Source of the DNA: Camelus ferus
Taxonomy: Eukaryota
NCBI RefSeq assembly: GCF_009834535.1
Contig: NC_045696.1
Location: 18,788,001-18,852,000, forward strand
Length of the DNA stretch: 64,000 nt
Reading direction: 5' to 3'
A program made the translations under genes and the position numbers. Within the stretch, counting starts at the first letter, position 1. Every line of letters begins with the position of its first letter. The notes below the pieces were generated by a model. The model was not told where the DNA came from. It worked only from the letters and a program-made list of their open reading frames with translations, and ran no database searches. Of the stretch, positions 26,451 through 39,351 are shown in pieces.

Positions 26451-29400
26451 ATGCAAACTGAATACTTTAACCCCCATACATCTATTGAAACTCAAAAACA
26501 ACTTTTATTTTCCTAAAAAAGAAATGTTTGCTCATTAACAAATACCTAGTGGTCATGGAATAAAGGCCACAGTTCTCTGTGATGAAGGAATAACGAGTAA
26601 CTAAATGGTTTAGGATTGTAATGTATTTCTCAGTACCAGGGGACTAAAGGTACTGATTGTTTTCCTACAGTTTAGCAGTAAATGGGAAACTCAAGAGGGC
26701 AATTGGCTTTTTCTATCTTCCTCTGATAATAGGACAAAGTCATTACTACCTTTACATTCCTTTTCCTCTCTTGTCGAGCGCCAGCATCCTGACTCTGTAC
26801 ATTTGCTACCTGTCCTATTTAGCCGTTGTGGTCTAGCAGAAACCAGGCTAGGCCTATCTTGTGCACTTGAACTTTCCATACCCTATTTACCAAAACACAG
26901 ACTGATTTAAGTAGCCTTTGACATGCTTTCTTTGCTCATCCAGAGATGTGAGAGAATCAGCCACTCTAGTGAGCTCTAGAGGTTGCAGCTTGAGAAGACA
27001 TTAAGGCCATAAGAGACTATATCCAATTTGAGCATCCAGCTTTGAAAATTCCTACCCAAAGAGTGAGAACGTGCTTTTGGCTTCATCAATATTTTACAGT
27101 TGTTATTATGTCAGGCAACAGTGCCTATGAACTGTAGAACAGACTACTCTTTTTTTTGTGAGTAAAGAGGAATAGGATAAATGACATCTAGGATTTATTT
27201 TTAAAAAGAAAAGGAGAGAGTCATTTTAGAGTTGTGCATCAGCCACATGGGCCACATGTCAACAGGTGTGTAATCCAGTGAAGTGACTTTCCTTTGAATT
27301 TGTTTTAATGAAAGCAGTCTGCTGGAGAGGCAATGCTGGATACGGCACTATGGAAAACATCACCCATTCTGCATCCCTTGTAATATTTCATGATCTAAAC
27401 ACAGCAAACAGTCTTATGTACCATATATGCAGAGAATACGTGTTTGGAGAGAAGTTTTCCCATCCATGTTACCTAATCATACATGATTTTAATTTCGGCA
27501 TTTCCTGGTGTAAACAGTCAGCTCCTTTCATGTACCATAAGTGAACCTATCCCCAGAAACAAAAAGAAGGAAATAAACAAAAACAAACATGAACAAACTC
27601 TTGAGTTAATTTGATATCATGGATAAATTAGACCAGATAAGTTACAGAGGCAGAGAAACTTTATTCAAGACAGTTGCAGTAGGAGAGAGAAGACTAATTT
27701 AAATCATACTCTAAATCAGCAGTCAAAACAAAATGAGAACCTCAGTTGTTAACTTGGCAACGTTACATAAAATTACTTCATGTAATTACTTTAAGATATT
27801 TAAATGTAATTATGAGACGTGATACAAAGAGACTTAAAAACATTTTAGTGCCAAATTTGAGACCTGCATAAACACCTTAGTTTAAATGTTTAATCTACAA
27901 AGTAACAGTAATTCATTTATTCACAGGGTTTAGTTTTTATTTGTTCCTGAAATTCAACTGAATATGTTTGGAAGTATACTACTGCATTATGCATGTCTAC
28001 ATAAATATATACATATCATTGATATCATCTGTATCTATATCCACATCTGTATTTGTATCTACATCTACATTTTTTGTCTGTATCTGTAGATATATATTTT
28101 GACAGTATGATAATTCTTGTATTACCTCACACTTTTTTTTAAATGTTTGCTTTCTAAAATTCTGGGGAAATTTGTGAAAGTGATTTTTAATCTATGCATT
28201 TATCTGTCCTTTTCCACTTTATCATTACCCTGCATCTCTCCTACCGTCTTCCATTCTGTCATGACCATAAAGGTTTTTTTGTTTGTTTGTTTGGTTGGTT
28301 GGTTTTTCTTTCTTTGTGTGAGCATAGATATACTTGTTAAAATCTTATGCAGCCATTGATTGAGAAGCATTTCAACCAAGAATAATTTAAGGGAGTAGTT
28401 GTTTTGTTTTTTTTTTTTTCATTTTTAACATTATGTAGTTTTGTTTCCTATCACATGCACCATTACGTTTTATAGCTTTTACTTAACTGAGGAAATGTGA
28501 ATTTAGTTTTTAGCATAAATATGCCAAATTTTCCTATGAGCATGATACACCCACGAGATATGAATTTTTAATGTATTTAATGGTACAAATAATCTAAGTG
28601 GGAAAATCATGGTTTCCAGAAGACCCATGTGGTGTTTCAGATTAAACCACCTACAAAATCTTTACACAAATAAGACAATTTTTAGAATATGCATTGAGGT
28701 ACTGATAACCTTTCTACATGAGAGCACTTACTGCTTGGTGTACTTGGGTATCCTTCCAGGGGGCCAGAAAATGGGGTTATTTCTGAGAGTAAGTGCTAGT
28801 AACATCTAGACTGTAGGATGTGACAGTTCATCAGCAGAAAACAAGTTTCAGCCTAAACTCTGAACACAAATACCTTTGGAGCAAAGTGCTTCTGAGGCCT
28901 TAATGTTTGATGTCCTTAATTGTCAAGTATTTTCTTATTAAACTTTTGATAACATGAAGGTTGGGAGAGAGAGGGAGAGAGAGATTGTGGGAGGTTGAGA
29001 AGGATCTGAATTTTAAAACTTTAGGTACCTTACCCTGAATATGTATTCTTGTTACTCAGTTTTGTTTGTTCATTGCATAAAATAGTTACCTTGTTACTCA
29101 AAGTTAATAAGTAATTTGATTCAGTTTCCCAACAGTTGACAACTGATTTCATCTTATCTGGAAGTTGAGAACCTCTCTGATGTGTTTGTTTTTTTAATAA
29201 AAAAGGGCAATCATGAATTTTCAAATTTAAATTCAAGTATTTCTAAATAAATGTAACTTACTAAATTCCACTTTTGACTAGAAAGCAAACAATGGAGGGA
29301 AAGATTCTACAGTCTCCTGTTCAATTTCTTTTTTTCTTGACATCATGTTTGTTTCTTGCTTCAGTCTTCAAACTTTATCATTTTTATTGAAAAAATTGAG

Positions 29401-30164
29401 CTGGGTCTTTTTGCAAAATAATTTCAATGTGAGAAAAAAGACTTAATTGCAAGGATATGTTTTAGAAGCATATTGTAATTGTCTATGAATTTATGATGGA
29501 TTGATTGTGGGGATTTAGAAAAAGGGATATGGAGCAGAGGACAGGATGAGAGAAAACAATGAAAAAATGAACATAAATTGGAGAACACTGAAGAGATTTG
29601 GGGTGAAAAAGTAGGAAAAATAATTTTGAAGAACAGATACAATATTTGAAATTTGGAGAGATATATAATGACTACTAAGAAATCTAGTTTTAGCTTTTTT
29701 TGGAAAATGTCAATAGAATTTTAAGTTACATGCCTGTTTTGAACGGTAAGTGTCTAGATGATACCAAAAATTAAGAGCTTCATATTTACTTAATTATATT
29801 TATTATATGACATTTCAAGTCATCGATATGTTTTGGTTTTTTAAACAAGTAATAATCTCCAAATAGCTTGTATAAAAAAAGTCAAACCACTCTACATTAA
29901 ATATAATGTCAGGTTTTAAGTTACAGTCTCTGATCCTACAGTTGCTTTCAAGATCTACAAAAAAAGAAATATCATTCATGCTGTATTCTAAATTAATTGC
30001 TATTTTTCAAACAAAAAAATGTGGAAAGCTTCTCCTTTCCAATGGCTTAACTGCTGAAATATTTAAAAGTACAAATTTAAACAATCACAACTATATAATT
30101 ATATAAAAATTATATAAAATATATAACTACATGTAAAACTGTATAAATATAACCTTTTTTCTTT

Positions 30165-30457
30165 CCTCAAAGGCAGGAAAAGTCTGATGTCCCAACCCTA
30201 CAGTCAGGCAGGAGGAGTTTACTTCTGCTTGAGGCAGGCTCAGTCTTTTTGTTGCATTCGGTCCTTCAACTGACTGGTTGTGGCTCACCCACTTAAGGGA
30301 GTGCAATTCTTTTTACCCGTCAGCCTATTTAAATGTTAATTGCACCCAAAAGAGAAAAAATAACCAACGCTCACAGACACACTTAGAATAATGTTTGATC
30401 AACTATCTGGACACCCCATGGCCCAGTAGGATTGACACGTAAACATACCTACCGTAT
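30165..30457 (-). mobile_element. MLT2 (ERVL) LTR fragment
   Basis: ggtccttcaactgactgg...ctcacagacacacttagaataatgtttgatcaactatctggacaccccatggcccag...ttgacac; similar to 35300-35513. Confidence 0.85.
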
Positions 30458-30529
30458 ACATGTCAGAGAGTACAAATAATACTTAGTGATTAGAAAGGGA
30501 AATTATAGCAACCATCAGAACCATCAGAT

Positions 30530-30812
30530 ATTTTCCACTGTTCTTCCCTACCACCTTAAAATTAGATGTGGCCATTTAACTTGTTTTGACCAAAGAATTT
30601 TTAATAAAAGTTAAAAGTATTACCGACAGTTTGAAGAGCCAGTATGCAGCTCATTACTTTGTCTTTCCTTCCATTATAAAGATCAGTAGCATCCCAGAAA
30701 GTGCCTGCATTGTGTCTTGGGTCCTGAGGGAAGATAAGACATTATAGGGTTCTCAGACTACTCATGATGGACGCGTGACATGAGAGAGAAACTAACTATT
30801 GTTTAAGTCACT
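30530..30812 (+). mobile_element. MLT1J-like MaLR LTR fragment
   Basis: ttagatgtggccatttaacttgttttgaccaa...tgggtcctgag...catgagagagaaac...gtttaagtcact. Confidence 0.65.
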
Positions 30813-31619
30813 ATTTCTAAAACAATATTGTCACGATTTCTTTTAGACTTAAAATTTTCATTGAAGATAAGTTTTTAATTTACTTTTTTTTGTAGAAAAT
30901 TGCTCATTTCATCCAGGTTTCACAATTACTTCAAAAAAGAAAGTAATTATTATCTTATATTTCCTTATAGGTTATGATTTTTGCCTGAATTTTAATTTTG
31001 TTTGGTCTAAGTCATGATTTACCTTTATCACTGCTCATCTAAAAGGTAGATTTTTTGTATTTGTTATTAAATCTATAAATTTCCTATTATCTAATCCAGT
31101 AATTTCTGTTTCCCACCTTTATTTTTTAGGGCTCATTTTATTCATTATGTAATTTCTTTTTATGATTTCTTCTCACTAAATTATTTAATTTCTTGAAATA
31201 AATCCCTTTTCAAAGTTGTATTTCTTTCTAGCTTATAAATATAATTATATTGAAGCTATGGACTTTTTCTCAAGAAGTTGTGTCATTTAATAGAATCTAC
31301 CATGGGATTATTTTTATAAATCTCCAAGTAGCCTGTAATTTTCATTTTGATATACTTACATCAATGAATTAGATTTATCAGACTATGTTTCATCTACAAA
31401 TTAGGATAAGTTTTTAGTATATATTACACTGGTGTAATATATTTGAATGTGAAAAGAGATTAAATGTTGTGTTTCAGTAGTTTGATGAAGTAGAAATTAA
31501 AATTGGCAGTCTTAGTTCAATAGTGCATACGTGGTAATTCTATTATTGTTTTTGTGCTAAAGTTCACTTTGACTTTTGGATTTCAAAAAGTGGTAACAGG
31601 GACACAAGTTGTAGATTCT

Positions 31620-31900
31620 TGTGGAATGTTGAAAGGAATTTGATTTTACTCTATTGAGTTAACAGGCAGCTGGGTGATGCTGAGCAGAGGAGTGACAGGA
31701 GATCTGGATTTTTCTATGATTAATCGGACAACTGGCTATTCAGTTGGAACTGACTGAAGAAAAGAGGATGTTTTCAATACGGAAGGAATGACTGGAGGGT
31801 TAACATAATAATCCAGACAAAAGACACTGGTGGCAGCAGAGATGGTTAGAAGTAGTCCAATTTATGAATATATTTTAAAGTTAATAATGACAGAAATTGC
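31620..31900 (-). mobile_element. L2 LINE fragment
   Basis: gagcagaggagtgacagg...ataatccagacaaaaga...gagatggttagaagtagtc...atatattttaaag. Confidence 0.6.
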
Positions 31901-34900
31901 AATCAGTGCATTATTTTATTGATTATCTTTTGATCCATTGTTTCTGTTCTTAATTTTTTTTTACCTATTAGTGTTGTGTTGAATCTCATGGTTTTAAACT
32001 GTATGTTTTACTTTTCATTGTGTATGCTCTAAATATTTTATGTACTTCTGTGGTCTCTCTTCTTGAATTTGATGATCTTCTGTCATCCATTATTTATAAA
32101 TAATTTTAACCCATTTTTTTCTCTTTTTCTATTTCATAAATAGAGCAGTTTCATGCTAGGTCTCTTAGTGGAGTGTAAATTCTCACTGAAAGATCTACTG
32201 GAAACAGGAAAGCACAGGGCTTATAAGTTAATAGGCCTTGCTAAAAACCTTCCAGCTGAGATGCATAAGAAGGTGGCCTTGCATGCAGGAATTAACTTTC
32301 AACACAACAAATCAATCCTTTCCTCTGCCTTAACAAATCACAGTGAACCCAGAGCTTCTTCGCATTTTCTTCAGGTTTCTGCTTCAACCTCTACTGCTTC
32401 TTCTAGTTAACACTAAATTGTGTTTTTCTAGCTTAACAGTAAATCCTTCCCAGCTGGAGAGAGGTCAGATAAATTAGTGTGCTTAATTTGGTCTCCTGTA
32501 CATCAAATTACCCGTCCTCCATCACCTAAATCTCTGTGTTAAGCAAATTTAATTCTCCCCAAGGCAATAGTTCTGATAAATATTGAAATAGGTTATGTAT
32601 AAATTAACTACATTAGTGGAAACACATTTTCATATTTTGCAATTGTCTATTATAAATGAATTTATGATGTATACGTATATATTTTGTGATCAAGTGAAAT
32701 TAACACTTTAGTAATTTGGAGAGATCAAATTGAGTTTGTATTGCTTTTGCAGACATGAACATACTTTCTATAACTAATTAGTTCTAATAATTACTTATTT
32801 TGTTATTTCATGTGTGTTCAGATGGTCCAAATAATGTAAATAATAAAACTGTGTAGCTTCAAGGATGTACACCGATTACTAACATCTTCAGTGATCTGGA
32901 TGTGAGCGACTAATTGAAGAATTTTTCATTCCCAGTGTGTCAAACAATAAATAAAGATCCTATTGTTCAGGGCAATTGGACAAAGTTAAAACATAACGTA
33001 GCCTTCCTCTTTCCCATCATTTCCAAAAATGGGCTATTTCTTAAGACCAGCCCTTCTCCGTGCGCGTGGAACGTCACGTGCAGACAGTGTGGACGTTCTG
33101 AGGCATGTTCTCCCTGATAGATTCCAGATGCACTGTCCCTGAGGTGTCATCACAGTTACTTTCCTTGGGAGGTACCTGGTAGAATTAAGATAAAACTGAT
33201 CCTACAAAATTGTGGTAGTCAAAAGGACATCTGGCTTCTGCCCAAATGGGCCCGAGTTTAATGGCTCTGTATTTTTAACTCTTTACATCAAAATAGGAAC
33301 CAGTCCCAAATGATTCCCATTCATAGTATAATGTGGTAGGAATAGTGAGTAATTGCCAGTTTATTTGTTATCATTCATTGAATTTACACAAATCACTTAA
33401 TATTTTCCCCAGATTGTTCTAAGTACATAAAAACCTTTCTCAGAATGTGACATTCATAATCACATAATGGTTCCTTAATAGTTCTCTAATTATTTCTTAT
33501 CTATGCATGTCATTATATTTACACGCAGCTGTCAGAAAGAGACCCAAAGCCAGACAAAATATAAATGCCATTCTCTTTCTTACAAAATTCCTGAACTGGA
33601 CAGCCCAGGGCAGATCTGTTAACACTGTTCTGCGTATCACCTACAGAGGGACCCTTAAGCCAAACTGGCAGCTAGAGCCCCAGCCGTCAGATAGGGTTTC
33701 TAGTCAGCAGGCGGGAGAAAGCTTGATGAATAAAAGGTTCAATGAGTGTGCATTAACGATCTTCTGGAGACAATTTCACAAACTTTCACAAGGCACTTCT
33801 GCTTATATTGGCCATTACTTAATCACAGGGTCATTGCTAACTGTAAAGGAGACCAAAAAACATTGCCTTTGTAGTAAGTAGTCATGTTTCTAGCTTCTCA
33901 CCTGCTGTTTGATGGCGGTTTCAGCTAGTCTCTCAGTTGCAGAATTACCCAGTGAGAAGGAAGCAAGACCTGCCAATTCAAAGGTAATAAGTTACTTAAT
34001 TAGATGCTCTGCTCATATACCTGTATGCACTAAAACCGATACTTGTATGTGTCTATCTAGTTGGATAGACACGTATATATACACATATATACATTTATAT
34101 ATATAAAATGTTTTTACCTGTCATCTTATGTATTTCCTGCACAACCAATTGATAGTAGTTACCCAGAAAAATTCTATTTTAGTTCTCAAAATAGTGCTGT
34201 TTATCTGTTTATTGCTTTTGAAATCTATCTTTTTTTTAAATTTAGTATTCTCCCATCCTCTACTTCCACCCCCATCAGATAGGAACAGAGACTGTATCTC
34301 TTGTAGTGATTGCTAAGGACACATCTTGGCACAAGTAGATTTTTAGTATATAGTTTAGTACATGTAAAATCGAATATATGTAGTCAAACTTGGTAGCTTG
34401 CCCTTCTATATCCATGCTATATCTTCTTACTGATCTGAATTTGCCCTTGTCCTTACTTCCTGGAGTATTACACATTCTTACTCAATCAACACCCTGGCTA
34501 ACCTAGCTGTGACTTTTCCTGCCTAACTCAAGTTCTCTCTCTGTGCAGGAATCAAGATGATCCTCATGACCACTACTTCTTTACTGAATTATTCTTATAA
34601 TTAATCTTCCCTGGATATTATATGTTTTACATCTATTTAGTCCTTTTCACTTTTATAGTCATTCTTTATTGACCTTCCTGTGATTTGATTCCAGTTTCCT
34701 GGAAAAGTGGGGCCATACGCATTTAAATCTGAATTGCCACCCTGTCTAGCATACTGTATTGAAAATAGGTTGTGCTTAATTTAATTAGAGATTTGGATTG
34801 AATATAATATTTCTATTAAGCAAAGACACATTTTCAATGAAGCACATGTTATTTTAGCAGGGAACATTTTACTTTTGTGAGTGGATCTAGTTGTCTTAAG

Positions 34901-34906
34901 TTGCAT

Positions 34907-35513
34907 TATATTATTTAGGGTTCTACAGAGAAACAGAGCTAATAGGATATATTCATATATGATATATGTAATATATATACACATATACACAATGCATATA
35001 TATATATGGAATTGGGTCACATGATTATAAAGGCTGAGATGTTCCCACCTGCCGTCTGCAAGCTGAAGACCCAGGAAGACTGGTGGTGTAGTTCTAGTCT
35101 TAGTCCAAAAGCTTGAGAACCAAGAGAACCACTGGTCTATGTCCTAGACCAGGTTCAAAGGCACGAGAACCAGAGAGTTAATGGTGTAAATTCCAGGCTG
35201 AGTCTGAGGACTTGAGAACTAAGAGCACCAGTTGTGTCCCAGTCCAAGGACAAGGATCAGTATCCTGCCTCGTGCAATCAGGCAAAGAGAGAAAAATTCT
35301 TTATTCTTCTGCCTTTTTCTTCTATTCAGGCTCTCAGTGGATTGGATAATGTTTATCCACACTGGGGAGGGCAACCTGCTTTCGTCGGTCTGCTGATTCA
35401 AGTGCCGTTCTTACCTAGAAACAAACTCACAGACACACCCAGAAACACTGTTTAGCCAAATACATGGGGACCCTGTGATGCAGTCAGTTTGACACATACA
35501 ATTAACCATCACA
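34907..35513 (-). mobile_element. Full-length MLT2 (MLT2D-like, ERVL) solo LTR
   Basis: Starts tatattatttagggttctacagagaaacaga and ends ttgacacatacaattaaccatcaca; flanked by tgcat (34902-34906) and agcat (35514-35518), a 5-bp TSD with one mismatch. Confidence 0.9.
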
Positions 35514-36554
35514 AGCATTTTCAAACGTTTACTTTAATACTTGCCCTCATTTTCTTATTCTCAAACTTTAGCTCCTGCCCCTACCTTCATGAGAGTACCC
35601 AATACAAGAACATTTTTTGTTAACAATGCCTTTTGTGGTTCAATTGTTCAACAACCCTTCCACTACTACCTCCATTAGAAGTATTTTAAGGAGTTAAAAA
35701 TGTGTACTATGTTGTTCTTATTATATTTATATTATGATATTATCGCTACTTACTTCAGAGTCAAACACTGAGATAAAAGATTTTCTAAAAAGTTTACAAT
35801 AAATTATTCATCAATTGTAGTTTTAACTGTTTAAATCCCAAAGGTATGAATTTCAGGTAATAACAAAGCAGTGTAATGATTTTATTTATATAATCAGACT
35901 AATAATTATCCAATTTGAAATTAACACATAAAGCATGAGACTCTGACATTGCTGATGTATTTATCATGGGTTGTGATACAAGAAAAAATACTTAAATTGC
36001 AAGTTAAGTATCCAGTTTCATATCCTAAAAGAAATATAATGAAAGGAAACTGATGGGGAAATTTCATCATTCTGACATGCACCTTCCCAGTCTTCATGGG
36101 AAAAGACATTTTTAGCCAAGTATTTTAGTTGTCTTTTGTTATGATTCAAAATTTAATTGAGCCATGGATTCTGTTAAAATAGTCCTCGTTGTCAGTATAC
36201 TTAATAATTTCTCAGTTTAAAATACTTCTATATTTCAAGTTTGGCATCACTCTAAGTTGCAGTCAGTTAGATTTTCTGATATTTTACTTCTAAACATTAT
36301 TTAAAGAGGTAATGAGGAAGAAAGATATACTCTTAAGAAGTCATCCTTTAAAAAAGTCACAATAACATGAAGAATTCACATTTTTTTTTAAGTTACTTCA
36401 GGCACTGTGCTGTTTTAGTGGCCACATTTAAAACACAGGCATGCTGTCAAACAGTCATAAAAGCAATAAAAAGAACTAATCTGATAAAAGAAACTCAAAA
36501 GCTCAAAAAAAAAAGTGACAGTCATCACAATTCTGAACTGTCTTTATATTCATC

Positions 36555-37640
36555 TCTTCATTTAACCCATATTTACTCAGTGTTTTCCATGTGCTAAGTT
36601 CTGTGTCAGGAGTGAAACTGTGGAATATTAAACAAATAATTATGCAAATGAGAAGCATAACTACATTTTGATAGCTGTTATGGGACATACAAAGGTGTAT
36701 AATCTAGACTTCAAGGACAGTGATGGATACCCTGAAGAAAGGATACTTAAGCCAGAGTTAGAATAATGAAGAGCAATAAGAAAAGGAAGCAGGAAGAGGG
36801 AAGGATAAGTGTAAGGTCTAGGAGAGATGAAGCGTGCTGCTGATGAGGAGCTGAACCACGAGAAGAATATTTGAGCGTATGTGATGAAAGTAAGAGTAAC
36901 ATGAGTTCTGGGCTGGCTGTCAGGGTTTTAGTTTTCTCCTTAAAGCAGCAGGCAGCCATAGACATGTTTATAATAGTAACCTAATTATCAACTTTGCATT
37001 TTTAAGATAATTCTGGTTGCTTAGTTGAGAATGCCTTTAAAAAAGTTAAGAACAAATACACAGATATCTGTTAAAAAGCATCTAAACTGTTCAGACGGCT
37101 GGAGCTAATCTGACAGCAGTGATAATGAAGAGTGACTTAGGGATTGACTTAGAAGGTATAATAGTTTATCTCTGGAGTGGAAGTGGGAAGTGAGGGTGAG
37201 GGAGGTAATCAAAAATGTTGAGGTAAATTTCCCACCTGTCTGGGGAGATTTACTAAGTAGGTAGTTGTAAAACAGCGAGTCATTCTTTCAGGAGGAGGAG
37301 TCTGGGAGTTGTGGAAAATCCAGAATTCTGCTGCTTGCATTTCTCTGTCTCTGTTCAGTTTTAGAAGCATTTAGATCATCCACCTAGTAGTTTAAATAAG
37401 AAAGGTGAATATATTTGTTTTGATCCTAGAAGAGAGATGTAATTTGAAGGTACACATTTGAAAAATGTTTGATACTTAAGTAGCACTTGATTTCATAGGA
37501 AATAATAAAATCACCTTGGTAAAGAAAGTACAGTAAGCCTTGGAAGGCAAACTCAAAATTTTAATAATCTCCAACAATTGAGATTAGATGGGTTAGGTAG
37601 AATTGATACTATAGATAGAAAAACAAAAATGGTCAGGGAT
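36555..37640 (-). mobile_element. L2 LINE fragment(s)
   Basis: ttcatttaacccatatttactcagtg...atgtgctaag (antisense L2 tail) followed by purine-rich antisense L2 body. Confidence 0.6.
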
Positions 37641-37904
37641 AAATGCTAAGGTATGCTTGGAACAATCTGTTCCCAAATCTCTTTAATAAACTGCAAGTTC
37701 ATTTGTTTGTAGTCTATGACTCTAGGTGCCACAAAAATTTTATCTAATGTTTTGGACTTGTGCCTAGTGTGATTCCCTATGTCCTGTCTCCACTAACAAT
37801 TTTCTTACTATCTGCTTGCTGCCTGGTCCTGAAGACAGTGTTACTTGTGTTAGGTTGCAATGATTGTAACACCCCATTCCTTAATACAATCTTCATACAT
37901 TTAA

Positions 37905-38335
37905 ACTCTTATCAGGTTTTATTGCAGTAACAAATAACTTCAAAATCTCAGCGGTTTACAAGTGATTTATTTCTCACTCATGTTACATTTCAACTCTGCT
38001 TTTCCCTGCTCAATTCTGTTCCATGTATCATCTTTATTCAAGAACTTAAACCAAAATAAGAGCCCAAAATTATGCCATGCTGTTACTCTGGAGAAGTGGA
38101 TAAAACAATGGATTACAAGGATTTTAAAGTCTCTTTCAGAGTAATACACATCCATTGTTCTAACATTTCATTGGTCAAGGCAAGTCAGGAGCTCAGACTT
38201 GATGTCAGAGAGGTAGGAGGCTAAGTTCCTGCCATGGAGATTTCATGCAGGTCACATGAAATGGAGTGGAGAGGTTTATATTCCATTACAGGGAGGGCAG
38301 TCAGTAACTGGGAGCAAGAACGTAATCAGCTAAGC
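37905..38335 (-). mobile_element. MLT1K-like MaLR LTR
   Basis: tgcagtaacaaataacttcaaaatctcagcggtttac...tttatttctcactcatg...catttcattggtcaaggcaagtca. Confidence 0.75.
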
Positions 38336-39001
38336 AAGTGTTCATTTAACGTATTAACTGCGACTTACTTTGAGTCTTACGTGAACTCTCAGTAAAACAA
38401 TAAATACCAAATATTTTCATCTTAGTTTTCATTTAAGAAGCCATTCTTTCTGTCAAACAAACAAAGTAAGACTTGTTTATCCTTTATTTCCTCACTCCCA
38501 CCCACTCTCCTCCCTTTCCTATTTTTTTTTCTTTCTTTCTCTCTTTCTTCTTTCTTTCCTTGTTAACTGTTTGTCAACGCTTGATCCACGTACATAGAAA
38601 AATGATTCAAATATAGAGGAATTCATAGTTTGGAGAGAAAGAAAGCCACATAACCATGGAATTTTACAGACTTTCCAGAGAAGCAAATCATTCAAATAAC
38701 TCTGTAGAGAATATTTTATACAGAAACTTTGTAGAAAATACCTACCAAGATACACTACTGAGATTGAACTGATGTACTTGAGAAATTGAACTCAAAGTCA
38801 GGAAAATATTCGAAGTATTTTCAAAGAATATTGTAGCAAATATATTCCAGTGAGGAACTCAATATGATCATTACAATAAGGATGAAAAATAGGAATAGAC
38901 AACCCAGGATTTTCACCAATTTTAAAACTTAAAGGAAACAAAATTAACATCAGAAACTCACTAAATATTAGAATATATTTTTCTATCATAATGTATTAGG
39001 T

Positions 39002-39218
39002 TAAGGGTCAGGAACCTATAACCCATGGGCCAAACTATCTGCCTCATGTTTAAAAAAAAAGTTTTATTGAAAGACAGCCACACTCATTTATTTATGCATG
39101 ATTTTTGGATGTTTTCATACTAAAATGGCAATTGAATAGATACCACAGAGACTACATGGCCACAAAACCTAAAATATTTACTATTTAATATTTTACAGAA
39201 AAAGTTTGCTAACCTCAG
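39002..39218. mobile_element. MER58A non-autonomous hAT-Charlie element
   Basis: gggccaaa...aagttttattgaaagacagccacactcatt...cctaaaatatttactat...tttacagaaaaagtttgctaacc follows MER58A over its length. Confidence 0.88.
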
Positions 39219-39351
39219 GTTTATGTAACTATATATTCACACATTCCAAAAATAAATTATCAACTTAGACCTTTTTACATTATAAGTAAATAATTTCTTT
39301 ATATCCATGATGCTTGGGTATAAAAGTAACCAAAAATTAAAAATTAAATTC

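Noticed and set aside
35095..35250. Three spaced repeats (gagaacca/gagaacta units about 55 bp apart) resembling a CRISPR-like array
   Set aside because: They are degenerate tandem units inside the MLT2 LTR, with no unique spacers or cas genes, in a mammalian context
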